Below, piece after piece: positions 50,001 through 60,078 of a stretch of DNA of 64,000 nucleotides. This DNA comes from Candidatus Hecatella orcuttiae. Lineage in GTDB: Archaea > Thermoproteota > Bathyarchaeia > Hecatellales > Hecatellaceae. Both the position numbers and the translations under genes were made by a program. Positions within the stretch are counted from its first letter, which is position 1, and every line of letters starts with the position of its first letter. Below the pieces are notes generated by a model, which saw nothing but the letters and a program-made list of their open reading frames with translations, made no database searches and was not told where the DNA came from. The stretch spans positions 224,001 through 288,000 of the forward strand of contig MTLY02000003.1 in assembly GCA_002011035.2 (NCBI GenBank). Reading direction: 5' to 3'.

Positions 50001-50364
50001 AAAAACTGAACTCGAAAAGATAAGAGGGAAGAATAAGATGTATTTCGAGGATGAGCTAAACAAGATTGAAACATACTACGACGATATTAGACACACCATG
50101 ATTTTGAAGGAACGTGAATTGGAGGATAAATACGTAGACCTGATAGGCAGAATAAGGAACAGCCGTGAATTTGAAGCCAGAGAAAAATACAGAGAAGAAC
50201 AGAGGAAAATTGAGATTCAACTAACGAAGTTGAGAAACGAAAATAACAGATTCTGGGAGGAGATGGTTAATAAAAGAGCTAAAGAGCTGAAAAAGCTTGA
50301 AGAACAAAATACAATAAAAACTAAGATAGAATTAATTAATTCAGCCCTCATTAAAATCAGTTGA
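47089..50364 (+). CDS. SNF2-family helicase with an inserted DnaJ J-domain
   Basis: [45 protein letters not shown]; J-domain with HPD at ~48170-48355. Confidence 0.93.
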   Translation: MEILDRLKNNIFEDALSFDLRTQAEYLSLTRDVDYPFSALTSKAKLLPHQVGVAHKVLSSIRSGSLLADEVGLGKTIEAGMILKEYLCRKQIKKILILTPASLTTQWRDELKSKFDEGFVIYDQETRKNLERRHENIWKAYDKVICSIDTAKQQRYRKDIVTVNWDIIIVDEAHKLKNRKTENYKLLEDLPKNRVFFLTATPLQNKLEELYNLISLIDEKLLGTYDSFSMRFVDDTKGLVPNNFDDLKQRLQKVMIRNRRKDVFGVRFTQRFGETIPFELTPEERRLYDEVTKYVKQEYLKAMEQNKAGRGFLLIIMQRMVCSSSFAIRDSLGRRIQRLVKISKEYDIVPKQPSLTSISHPYFEALGVNHTATKDEIKAAYRTLAKEYHPDISPLPKDVAEEKFKEISEAYETLTDDNKRKRLIEEHEDADISDIAKNFTLLQMELEKLNQLYELASKITKNSKGEKLIEALEALKREEPNEKVLIYTEFRSTQRYLYELLTSKGYEVAIFNGSMSVEEKDEAVKQWRENKQIMVSTECGGEGRNFQFCHIMFNYDLPWNPMRVEQRIGRIHRIGQEKNVKIFNFSTKETIEEYVLELLETKIQLFKEVIGELDLILGDIVEDANLERVIMEILVKAKTSQELKENFEELGRKIQIAREEFKKGLKDLDERVYAGFDLSVYRRVMGTELENLVMKERIVIKRFFLNYLKSKNLDFRYLEPEEAVIFQIPEEFKNIISDFAQKQRQFYLRERDRFYELLEKPLEIAKDIHGFIEDCVCKLCSGHTIKSCFNCSIHTYLENVAFHANAGFTSILKNDLDYVTSNRFREDVEGRILRGKIKARATFSPEVAQQENIELITIGNRLVENAIEECKKKGLTTKKLIDLSKHTLRGFEKYSGLRGILFNFKVSFESFDKKEELIPIVIDLDHMKYEEELSGEVNWLYSTELLDQIAIKSDEVDEAYQLAVNELNTKVKTELEKIRGKNKMYFEDELNKIETYYDDIRHTMILKERELEDKYVDLIGRIRNSREFEAREKYREEQRKIEIQLTKLRNENNRFWEEMVNKRAKELKKLEEQNTIKTKIELINSALIKIS

Positions 50365-50377
50365 GGGTCCCCGACTG

Positions 50378-53300
50378 ATGCGGAAGGAACAGGCTGAAGA
50401 AAAAATCCGCGAGTTGGTTGAGAGATATGACTCAATAATTAGAGAAGGAAAGAAAAGTTCTTTCAGCGAGCAGGATGTTAATAGGGTTTTCATAATTCCA
50501 TTTATCAGAGCCTTAGGCTGGGATACTGACAATATTGATGAAGTGAAGGAGCAACGAAGAACGTTAACAGGTCCAGCTGATTACTCGCTTAATGTGGAGA
50601 AGAGACCCAAGATAGTTCTGGAGTTAAAGAAATTCGTGGAAGATCTTGATACCCGACGGGTCATAAAGGGAGGCAGGGAGGAAAGCTACCCTGAACAGGC
50701 TATGCGGTATGCTTGCTATTTAAAAACAGATTGGGTTGTCCTAACCAATTTCGAGGAAATACGACTTTACTACGCTTGGGAGATAAAGCCCGAAGACGGC
50801 TTGATCTTTAAACTGAAATATCATGAGTATTTAGATAATTTTAATAGATGGCTGTGGCTGCTTTCCAAAGAAAGTGTTACTTTAGGTGTTCTTGACCAAT
50901 ACCAAAAGAGAAGGATACGGAAAGATATAGATGTAGAAGTTCTTGAAGACCTGCTTGACTGCAGGAGATATCTTATAGACAACATCAGCAAAAATAACCC
51001 AGCTTTAACGAGAGAGAACCTTAAGGACAGCGTTCAGCGAATCCTCAATAGGCTTGTCGTTATTCGTGTTGCTGAGGATAGGAACATTATAGGTGCAGAC
51101 AGCTTATGGAAGGAGCTTGATGCGTGGAAAACTAGAGGGCTTCCTACATCTTTCATGCGAAGCTTAAAAGGCCTCTTCCGAGACTTCGACGACATCTACA
51201 ACAGCAAACTGTTTGAAAAACACGAATGCGAAGACTTGAAGATAGACAATGAAACACTAGAAAAAGTCATTGAAATACTTTATAAATACAATTTTGACTT
51301 GATTTCTGCTGATGTGTTAGGGGCGATCTATGAAGACTATATTGGGCACATACTTCAAGAGGCAGAAAAAGGCATAGACATCGTGGAAAGCCGTGAAACA
51401 AGAAAAAAGGCCGGGATCTTTTATACTCCGACACATGTTGTTGAATACATTAGGAGAGCTATTAAAAGGCAAAAATCCTGAGGAAGTTTCTAAGATAAAA
51501 GTTTTAGACCCGGCATGCGGCTCGGGATCATTCTTAATTAAAGCTTTTGACGCTCTGAAAGAATATTACGATTGGTATAATAAAACTATTGAGAAAAAAG
51601 CCTTAGGCTCAATCGCTGAATATGGCAACCTGATTCAAGATGTAGAAAAGAGAATTGTTATTGAAAATCTTTTTGGTGTTGATCTAGACCCCCAGGCTGC
51701 AGAGATAGCAGCAGTAAACCTTATGTTAAAGGCACTAAAAAAGGGTGAAAGGTTGCCATTGATTCTTGGAGACAACATAAAATGCGGCAATTCTCTAATA
51801 TCGGGATCAGAAAAGCTAAGAGAATACTTCGGAGATGATTGGAGTTTAGAGAGGCCTTTTAATTGGGAGAAAGAATATGTTGAAGTGTTTAAAGAGGGGG
51901 GTTTTGATGTAGTTGTTGGCAATCCACCTCATGGAGCCAAACTTTCACAACAAGAGAGGGATTTCTTCTTTGACGTTTATCAAGTAGCAAAAGGTTACAA
52001 GAATTCAGCTTCTCTGTTCATTGAACGCGCCACTCAGTTGCTAAAACCTCTAGGGACAATGGGACTTGTTATCCCTAAATCGTTAACGTTCTCGGAAAAA
52101 TGGAAGGCGACGAGAGAATTTATTCTCCAAAACCTCAGATTGATCGAGATCGTTGATATCAGTAAAGCCTTTCCGGGTGTTCTTCTTGAACAAATAATAA
52201 TCATTTGCCGAAAGGATCCAATGCAAAGCTCTAGTTATAAGGGAACAAGCTTAACATGGGAAAGAATCCTTGAAACTTATACAATACCTCTCTCCCTATG
52301 CAAAGAACTAGATATTTTTCCTATACATGTCGACCAGCACTCTCTCACTATATATAAAAAGGTTATGAAGAAATCTTTCCAACTCAAGGAAATATCCAAA
52401 ACTTTCAGAGGACTACCGGTACAAAGTAAAGCTACAATCATTCAGGGAGAGAACTCAGAACCTCTGTTGAGAGGTGATGATATCAAGCGATACTATCACG
52501 CAACTCCACAAACATTCATCGACCGAGATGCCTTAAAAGAGGATAGCAAGAAAATAACTGATATGAGAAAGCCGAAGATTATTTCCCAAAGAATCATTGC
52601 CCATGTCTTAAAGCCTAAGGATAGAATTATAATAATGTCAACTATAGATGAAGAAGGTTTACTCAATGTTGATACTGTTGAAAATACGATTTTGACGGAT
52701 CCTCAATATGACCTCAAATATATCCTCGCATTCTTAAACTCAAAACTTGTTTCTTGGTTCACGTACACGTTCATATTTAACAAGGCGGTTAGAACGATGG
52801 ACTTCGATGATTACTATGTAGGAAAGATACCAATCTATCCGGCCACACCTGATCAGCAGAAACTAATAACAGAAGTAGTCCAAAAAATGTTAACACTCAC
52901 CTCACGCATTAAGGAAATAGATACAGACTTCCAGAAGCGCGTTAACAGTATACCACGGGAGAAAGATACCACTTTCAAAGATTACTATCTAAAATATAGT
53001 AGTGACAGAACGCCTCTAATACCATCTAATGTGAAAGGACAAATTAAGTCTCTTAAAGTTGAAGAACAGGGGCACCAGTTAGTCATAAAAGTTGACTACA
53101 TAGAGAAGGACGGGAACAGGGAAAAGCAACACAGTGATGTAGAAGTTTTTAGATGCGAAATCGAGAATGAGCCGATTAGAAAATTCCTTTTCTATTCTGT
53201 CTCAAATTATGGAAAAACTCTTGGGAGTGGAAACATCTGGTACAAGATTCAGAACATTCCCCTGGCTAAATTCCACAAAAATGAGGGGCAAAATGAAAAA

Positions 53301-53492
53301 GTTGTGGTTAAACTTATTAATGATTACTTGAGAGCAATTAATAACCGAAGACTGTTGCAACAAGAAATTCAAGCCACGGATAAAATACTAGATGAAAAAA
53401 TCTATAAACTCTACGATCTAAATCAGGATGAAATATCCTTAATAGAGAGTTCTATACAGCGATATTTTGTTGAGGAATCCTTTTACATCTAA
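50378..53492 (+). pseudogene. Type IIG-like fused restriction-modification enzyme split by a frameshift near 51444-51451
   Basis: HsdR-N-like nuclease (ADY..LELK), GIFYTP | VLDPACGSGSFL, VVGNPPH, TaqI-like C-terminus; two overlapping ORFs. Confidence 0.85.
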
Positions 53493-53649
53493 AGAATTAC
53501 CCTACCAAACTAAGGCTTTCATCACTTTCCATGGGAAGATGCATGTTTAAAGACTTATCATGGTGGCTGCCATGGATGTTGATTACTTCATTGAGTATTA
53601 TTAGGTTAATGCATAATTCGTTTTTCTTCCTTTTATTCTTTGGCGTCTG

Positions 53650-54490
53650 ATGAGTCGTCTCCTAACCCTTAGGCGTCTCTCCGCAAAGGTCGATTTGGCT
53701 TCTCTGGCTGGGGTTGAGGTTTCCTACTCCGGGCTTGGGCCTAGGCATTACCCTGTGAGGGCTAGTTCCTTGCTTTGGTTTTGATGCACCTTCTGGCTGT
53801 GCCTTCGGAGACCATGCTGGCCGGGTATCTCTCGGCTCACAGGGATGTGGCTGAGGCCTGCGGCTTCAACCGAAACCCTAAGAGCCATAGGGGGGCTCCC
53901 AGCCAGTCGGCTCTGAACAGGTTCAAGCACAGGGTCGGAGTTGAAGGCTTCCAAAGTGTCTTCGAGGAGCTGGCCCAAGGCCTCATGAAGGCTGGTGTGG
54001 CCAAGGGCCGATGGGTTGCCGTGGACTCCTCGGCTGTGAAGGCCTACTTCCGCGGCGACCCAGATGCGCGGTGGGGCTATACAGATGTGGATAAGCCCTT
54101 CTTCGGCTATAAGCTCCATATCCTCATCGACGTTAAGACCGAGCTGCCCGTAGCCTTCAGAATCACCCCGGGCAACGTCCACGACAGTCAAGAGTACCTA
54201 AACCTCTTGGAGGATGCGGAGGAGGCCGACCCTGAGCATGCTTACGGGGATGCTGCCTACGACTCCGAAGCCCTCAGGGAGACATCCAGAAGCCTCTACA
54301 ACCTAGAGCTCCACACACCCAGAAACCCGAGACGTAAGGGTGGAAGGCCCGAAACAGCAAGACCCTGAAGCGCATGCTGTCAGCAGTGGAACGGAGCTTC
54401 TCCCGGCTGAAGCTCTTCCGCCTCAAAGACCTCAAGGTGAAGGGCTTCACATCCACAGCCATCCACATCCTCCTCGCCCTAGTAACCATG
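53650..54490 (+). mobile_element. Degraded IS transposase (DDE, IS4/IS5/IS1182-like) with several frameshifts
   Basis: VAVDSS, DPDARWG, FGYKLHIL, TPGNVHDS, GDAAYDS, AVERSFSRLK spread across frames. Confidence 0.82.
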
Positions 54491-54633
54491 CCCCAGACCT
54501 GGCTAAGCTGAAGGGGAGGGAAAACTATTACAGGCTCAGAGTCGGCGACGTCAGGGTCGTGTTCAAGATAGACAAGCCTGCAAAGACCATATACGTCGAA
54601 AAGATAGGCTACAGAGAAGCAGTCTACAGATAA
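54490..54633 (+). pseudogene. RelE/ParE toxin C-terminal remnant
   Basis: KLKGRENYYRLRVGDVRVVFKID..KIGYREAVY; N-terminus replaced by the IS. Confidence 0.75.
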
Positions 54634-55096
54634 CGTTGCAGCATCGTCGAAGCCGGAAGGCTACCTTTTCTTCGGCCTCAGCCTGACCTCGTCGCCCGCA
54701 CGCTCAAACTCCAATTCTTTGTCGACTAGGTCGCTTACGTCGAAATCTGCGGGGAACTCATTATCCATTACCTGCATAAAATCTCCTCCTAATCTTTAAA
54801 ATCATTCCATCGCCCAGCTCATTCCACGGTTCCGTTACAACCTCAAAATCAAGCTCAGTTTCAAAAGCACTCATTTTTCCTCCTCGCCTTGACGTATTAA
54901 AGCCCCTTTTATCTAGAACGTTTTTAGCTAAAAAACTCTACGACTACGTCTCACAAGGTGACTGGTAAATAGTTTTTCAGAGTAGATGGCATTTTACAGG
55001 CGGCTGGATTTGAACCCTCAATTTACCCTCTCAGCCCCAGTACCACTTCGCTGGGCGTCGGGGTTGCAAAGCGGCGTGCTGGCACTCCAAACCCCG

Positions 55097-56029
55097 TCAC
55101 CTAACAGGGCGTTCAGGTCCGTAAGGGGATAGGTAGGGCTCTGCTTTCAGGTAGGCCCGTTCCAGCTCCGGCCGCGGCGGAATGAAGTAGGCGACCCTCA
55201 GCCGGCCTAGGCTGTGGCCCATCATGTATTCGACCACGGCCTCGTTGACTCCCGCCAGCTTGGCCATGGTGTTGAACCACTTCCGGAGTGAGTGGCAGGT
55301 TATCTGACCGTCGACTCCGGCTTCGGCGGCCAGCCCTGTGACCAGCCGGCGGGCTGTGCGGTCGCTGATGGGGAAGACCCTCTCTTCTGCGCTCGGTTTC
55401 CCGTCCTCTTGGAAGTAGGCTTGGAGGGCGCTGCAGGCGTCCCGGCCTAGGAAGGTTTCAAACCACCCTTGGGTTTTCTGCCTCCGCAGCCGCAGGTAGA
55501 CAGGCCGTTTTCCAGCCTCCAGCTCGGTTTTGACGGCGCCGTAGGTGAGGGCCAGCAGGTCCGCCTCGGAGAGGCCGCTCTGAGCCTGGCAGAGCACGTA
55601 GGCCCGCCCGCGGGGGTCCGCCAGGTCGCACATGGCCCTGAGCTCCTCCCGGCTGGGCACCCGGCTGGCGGTCTCCGTCCAGCTCTGCGGAGCCTTCACC
55701 TTGAGGGGGAGGTAGTTGGCCGTGAAGAAGCTGCGCACCGCGGCGTGGGCGAACGCGGCGGAGCTCCGGCGGAGGCCCTCCCTGCGCTGGAGGTGGTTGA
55801 ACCAGGCTGTGAGCCGCTCCTCCATCCTCCGCCGGACGGCCTCATCCTTCGCCTCCAGCTCCCGGCGCCGCCGCTCCACCAGCTCATCGGGGGACATTTT
55901 GACGAACCCGCAGAACCTTCGCAGCCAGAGCCCGTAGGCCCGCCGGGTGTTGGGGCTGCCGGAGTGTTCCCCGGCCAGCCTCTCGAACCACCGCTCCACC
56001 GCTTCGCCGCCCGGCTCCTGAGGGCCCAC
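55097..56029 (-). CDS. Second tyrosine recombinase
   Basis: SGLSEADLL, RQKT, HSLRK, MMGHS..AY; N-terminal SPNTRRAY. Confidence 0.88.
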   Translation of the reverse strand: MGPQEPGGEAVERWFERLAGEHSGSPNTRRAYGLWLRRFCGFVKMSPDELVERRRRELEAKDEAVRRRMEERLTAWFNHLQRREGLRRSSAAFAHAAVRSFFTANYLPLKVKAPQSWTETASRVPSREELRAMCDLADPRGRAYVLCQAQSGLSEADLLALTYGAVKTELEAGKRPVYLRLRRQKTQGWFETFLGRDACSALQAYFQEDGKPSAEERVFPISDRTARRLVTGLAAEAGVDGQITCHSLRKWFNTMAKLAGVNEAVVEYMMGHSLGRLRVAYFIPPRPELERAYLKAEPYLSPYGPERPVR

Positions 56030-56311
56030 TTAACCCACCTGAGAGAAAAATTGTCCGATTTTCTTACGCAGCCCTTTTTTTGTGGGTGGAAGTGTTGCGC
56101 AGAAGATTCGCCGTGGAAAGGGGGCGCAGGTTCAGGGAGCCTGTGCGAAGAATTCCGCCGCGCCAGTTGACGCCCTCCATCAGGAAGATGCTGGTGGGCG
56201 ACGCTAGGGACGCAGCCGTCTTTCGCGTTGTCCACGAAGGTTTGAAGCACGGCGCAGACATCACCCCCTGCTCTTTTATGTAGGCCTTCAATTCGCGTTC
56301 CACTTTTTCGG

Positions 56312-56494
56312 GTGAAGGCCGCAGGTGTGACACCCACCGAGGAGCAGGTGAAGGAAATCCTGGATGAAGTGACATACGGCGCCGATGTCCACGGCTTGGT
56401 CGAATCGGTGCTTGAGCAAGCCCTCAAAGCAGATTTGGGAGAGAAAATCAGCAGAAAAGTCGAAGTCGACGTTAAAATCGAAAGACAGGGCTGA
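56312..56494 (+). CDS. Small hypothetical protein or remnant
   Basis: 60-aa ORF after a TTTTTCGGG variant. Confidence 0.4.
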   Translation: MKAAGVTPTEEQVKEILDEVTYGADVHGLVESVLEQALKADLGEKISRKVEVDVKIERQG

Positions 56495-56801
56495 ATCCGC
56501 CGGGCTGCCTTTATTTTTCAGCGGAAATTCAAATTTTAAAAAAAATTGTAGGATAACCCACATTTTTTGACCGATTACAATAAATAATCGGACACCCCGT
56601 TTTTAGGCCTGTTTTGGGCTTTTTTCTGCCTGCTGAGGCTGTTTCAGGGCTTTTCCCCGAGGCCCCTCAGGCCGGCCTCTGTGGGATAGGAGGGGGTATA
56701 GTTCTATAAAATTATAAAATCATATTAGCTTATCAAGGACGACCCCCCGGGCCAGACTTGTCGTACAGTCACACTGTCACACATTTTTCGGTTGAAGGGC
56801 C

Positions 56802-57248
56802 ATGGGAGACTACACCAAGATGACTCTATACCTTGGAAAGGCGGAAGTAGGGGAAAAACTCGAAGCAGCCGTGAAGGCGCTGGGCTACCGGAGCATCAGC
56901 CACTGGGCCTCGGAGCAGGCCAGGAGGGCCATAGCCGAAGCCGAAGGCAGCCGGGGTCAGGGTCACCCCCGCCCCTCCGGCCGAGACAGGGAGGCCCTCC
57001 TAGCCGAGCTGGTCTCCGTCCGCGAAAGGGCGCAGCGGCTGAGGGCCAAGCTGGGCGGGGAGCTGCCCGCCCTCAGAAAACTCTACGCCCAGCTGGGCGG
57101 CGACGAGAAGGAGCTGAGCAACCTGGACGAGGCCCTGCCCCGGGTCTACGCCCACTACCGGGGGCCGCTGGAGAAGGCCGTGGTCTTCGAGCAGTACGCC
57201 CGGCTGAGCAGGCGGGTCTTCGAGCTGCGGCGGCAGCTGGGAATATAG
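56802..57248 (+). CDS. Hypothetical protein with possible RHH-like N-terminus
   Basis: TKMTLYL..KLEAAVKALGYRSISHWA. Confidence 0.6.
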   Translation: MGDYTKMTLYLGKAEVGEKLEAAVKALGYRSISHWASEQARRAIAEAEGSRGQGHPRPSGRDREALLAELVSVRERAQRLRAKLGGELPALRKLYAQLGGDEKELSNLDEALPRVYAHYRGPLEKAVVFEQYARLSRRVFELRRQLGI

Positions 57249-57499
57249 CCCGCCCGCTTTTTTCTCCCGAGAAAACCTTGGCCGGCAGGACGCCCAAGCC
57301 GTTGCTCCGCATCTGGCTGGCCTTCACCACGGCCGGCGGAGAGCTCAGACGCTGGAGCCTCCTCGTCTTCAGGGCCCCGCCCAGCACCCTGAGGTCTGAG
57401 ACTCGCCAAGCGTCAGCCTGTTCGACAGTCGAAAAGGCCATAAAGGGTAGAGGAGAGTGAAACTGTTACCCGGCTGGGATTTTAACAAAAAGTCAGAAG

Positions 57500-57517
57500 C
57501 CCGGCCAGGGCGCCAAA
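57500..57517 (+). repeat. attR
   Basis: CCCGGCCAGGGCGCCAAA duplicate of the tRNA-Asp 3' end. Confidence 0.92.
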
Positions 57518-57731
57518 TCATTTCTCCCTAATTTAGTCCCTCCGACTGTAGCAGACTGGCGGCTCATAGTTGGCAAGAGATAAAAGAAAAAGATAGGGTT
57601 AAGTATGCGCAGGAAGTGAGTATGTTAATGAGTGTTAAATATTCTTGAAAGAAAAATCTAGCGTTACAAAAGTGGATGGGTGTGGAGGTAGACGGAGGGA
57701 GTTTGAACAGCCGTAAAAGGAGAGATAATGT

Positions 57732-58763
57732 ATGACGTCAGACAGATTGACACAGATGGCGGAGCTGCATGGGTGTAACTGTAAACTTGGAGAGCGGGAC
57801 TTGAAGTCCTTGCTTGAAGCCTCTGGGATGTTCGTCCCCGAGTCAGGAAGCCTTCTCTTGGGGCCTGGTGACGATGCGGGGTCTATACGGGTTCGCGGCG
57901 ATCTCGCCTATGTGACCCACTTGGACTTTTTCACTCCCATTGTGGATGACCCTTACCTCTACGGGAAGATTGCCGCCTGCAATGCGGCCAGTGATGTTTA
58001 TGTGAAGGGTGCTGTTCAAAACGTCGGGCTGCTGGTTATAATGGGGTTCCCCTTGGAGGTTTCCAGAGAAACCATGCAAAAGGCCCTTGGGGGAATACGG
58101 GATTTCTGCTCGGAGACAGGCGCCCAAATATTGGGGGGTCATACCATAATAAATCCCTGGCCTCTCCTAGGAGCTGCTGTTACGGCGACGGCTTCCCCCA
58201 GTCAGATAATCCGTAACTCCACCGCTAAACCGGGAGACCTTCTCTTCCTGACTAAGCCCCTCGGCACCCAGCCGGCTATGGGGGCTGTGAGGAGTCTGGC
58301 GCAGATGAAGGAAGAAATAACCTCCGTCTTGTCGGAGGATGAGGTTTTAGCCGTGGGAGACTTCGCAGCGGAGCTCATGTCCACTCCCAATAAGGGAGCG
58401 GCGGAGGCCATGCTGGAAGTGGGGGTTAACGCAGCGACGGATATCACTGGCTTCGGCCTTTTAGGCCAAGCAAAGACCATGGCGAAACGGAGTGGGGTGG
58501 ACATTCTGATCAGCCGAATACCGGTCATCAAAGGAACGTTAGAGCTCTCTCGGCTCTTCGGCTACGGTTTAGAAAAAGGAGAGGCGGCGGAAACTTCGGG
58601 AGGGGTTTTGGTTTCTGTTTCACGAAGTCGGAGAGAGCTGTTCGTTCGCAGTCTTGAAAAGCGGGGTATCCCCGCCTACCAAGTCGGCGTGGTTGAAGAG
58701 GGGAAAGGCACGGCGGCCGTAGAAAAGGATATTGAATTAATCGAGGTCCCTCCCCCTCGCTGA
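57732..58763 (+). CDS. selD: Selenide, water dikinase (Cys form)
   Basis: HGCNCKL, GDDAG, DFFTPIVDDPY, ATDITGFGLLG, ETSGG. Confidence 0.93.
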   Translation: MTSDRLTQMAELHGCNCKLGERDLKSLLEASGMFVPESGSLLLGPGDDAGSIRVRGDLAYVTHLDFFTPIVDDPYLYGKIAACNAASDVYVKGAVQNVGLLVIMGFPLEVSRETMQKALGGIRDFCSETGAQILGGHTIINPWPLLGAAVTATASPSQIIRNSTAKPGDLLFLTKPLGTQPAMGAVRSLAQMKEEITSVLSEDEVLAVGDFAAELMSTPNKGAAEAMLEVGVNAATDITGFGLLGQAKTMAKRSGVDILISRIPVIKGTLELSRLFGYGLEKGEAAETSGGVLVSVSRSRRELFVRSLEKRGIPAYQVGVVEEGKGTAAVEKDIELIEVPPPR

Positions 58764-58788
58764 GGGGTCTGAAAACATATTGGATGTG

Positions 58789-59493
58789 TTATCTTTTCCC
58801 GCCAGTAGCCGGTTTCCGCTTCAGCGTGCTTGAATCCCTAGATGATTCTGGGGCGGCGTTTCCCTTTTTCTTGGCCTCCATAAGGAAGGAGAGAAAGTAG
58901 AGTTTACGGCCGGAGACGTTTTCCACGAAGGATTCTTCCCGGGTTTCCAGTATTCGGAAGTGCTTGGAGAAGTATCCTCTGATGTCGCTTACCTTAAAGT
59001 GGTTCCAAGCCGGGCCGTTCCGCCAGCTGAAACAAGTCATGAAATATCGGCCCCCCTCCGCGAGCACCCGGTGGAGACCTTTGATGAACCTCTCTCTACG
59101 CTGAGGTCTGATGTGGTGGAAGCACCCTCGGTCGAAGATGAAGGTGAAGAAACCGTCTGGGTACTTTAGGTTCGCAGCGTCCCCGGCGGTAAGATGGCAG
59201 ACAGCTCCCTTCTTTCTACATCTCTGTTTCGCCATGTCGACGGCGGTGGGGGAGATGTCTATTCCGTAGACTTCGAAGCCTTGGACTGCTAAGTATATGG
59301 TTTGGGTTCCTAAGCCGGAGCAAATGTCGAGGACGCGTCCTCTGGCTATTTTTCCCTTTTCCACAAGCTCTACTAGATTGCTGTCTGGCTTGCCGGTTTC
59401 CCAAGGCAGCCTGTCGGGGGCGTATTTTCTGTAGAAGCTCTCCCACCCCCACTTGACATCCTCAGAAGAGCCGCTCATGACGGTCACATCCAT
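58789..59493 (-). CDS. Class I SAM-dependent methyltransferase
   Basis: LPWETG, VLDICSGLG, GIDISPTA, FDRGCFHH. Confidence 0.88.
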   Translation of the reverse strand: MDVTVMSGSSEDVKWGWESFYRKYAPDRLPWETGKPDSNLVELVEKGKIARGRVLDICSGLGTQTIYLAVQGFEVYGIDISPTAVDMAKQRCRKKGAVCHLTAGDAANLKYPDGFFTFIFDRGCFHHIRPQRRERFIKGLHRVLAEGGRYFMTCFSWRNGPAWNHFKVSDIRGYFSKHFRILETREESFVENVSGRKLYFLSFLMEAKKKGNAAPESSRDSSTLKRKPATGGKR

Positions 59494-59621
59494 TTCAAGG
59501 TTTTTGGGAGGTATACGGGATTTCTTTTAAAAGTTTCCGCTTCGGCTTCTCTGCGGCGTGGAGGCTCTGTTGAAGGTAGGTTAATATCGGATGCAGGGAA
59601 TAGCCTTGTTGGGATGGTTTT

Positions 59622-59981
59622 ATGGAAGCTGTTTGGGAGAAGCCTGTGATAGTGTTCTTCAGGGAGAAACTCAGCAAGCCTGAAACTGAGCCCTTCGCCG
59701 TGGTTAAAGCTCGAAGGCTGACGGTGAATCGAAGCGATAAAACCGGCGCGTACAAGGGGAAGATAACCGATTTCTTCACCTACATGGGTGATGTGGACGT
59801 TATCTCGCCGGCTAAGAGCCCCTATGTGCTGTGCTGGATGGATGACAGGGAAGACGACTTCGGGAAGGCTTGGAGGCGCTTAACCGGAGTGACTTTCCCC
59901 CGGGGGTTGAGCTTCAAGGTTAAAGCTGGCAAACGCACCTATCAAGCAGCGTTTGAGGCTAAACATGCAAAACTGGAGTAG
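59622..59981 (+). CDS. Hypothetical protein
   Basis: 119-aa ORF. Confidence 0.65.
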   Translation: MEAVWEKPVIVFFREKLSKPETEPFAVVKARRLTVNRSDKTGAYKGKITDFFTYMGDVDVISPAKSPYVLCWMDDREDDFGKAWRRLTGVTFPRGLSFKVKAGKRTYQAAFEAKHAKLE

Positions 59982-60078
59982 ACTCCCAGTCATCGGCCAA
60001 GTAGGCAGCCGGTTTAGAGCTCCCGGCTGTGCTCTGCATGTTTTCTAGCATTCATCTGGTTTAGAGAGGTAGGCTAAC

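Larger units (their letters stand above)
5010..57517. mobile_element. tRNA-Asp-integrated genomic island / integrative element, ~52.5 kb
   Basis: 18-bp direct repeat CCCGGCCAGGGCGCCAAA at both ends, adjacent tyrosine integrase, mosaic GC content, defence and repair cargo; host-type genes resume after 57517. Confidence 0.93.

Noticed and set aside
5010-57517. Provirus, DGR or retron interpretation
   Set aside because: No recognisable capsid, terminase, portal or reverse transcriptase
57732-57800. Selenocysteine in SelD
   Set aside because: The active-site motif is encoded by TGT codons (CNC), with no in-frame TGA
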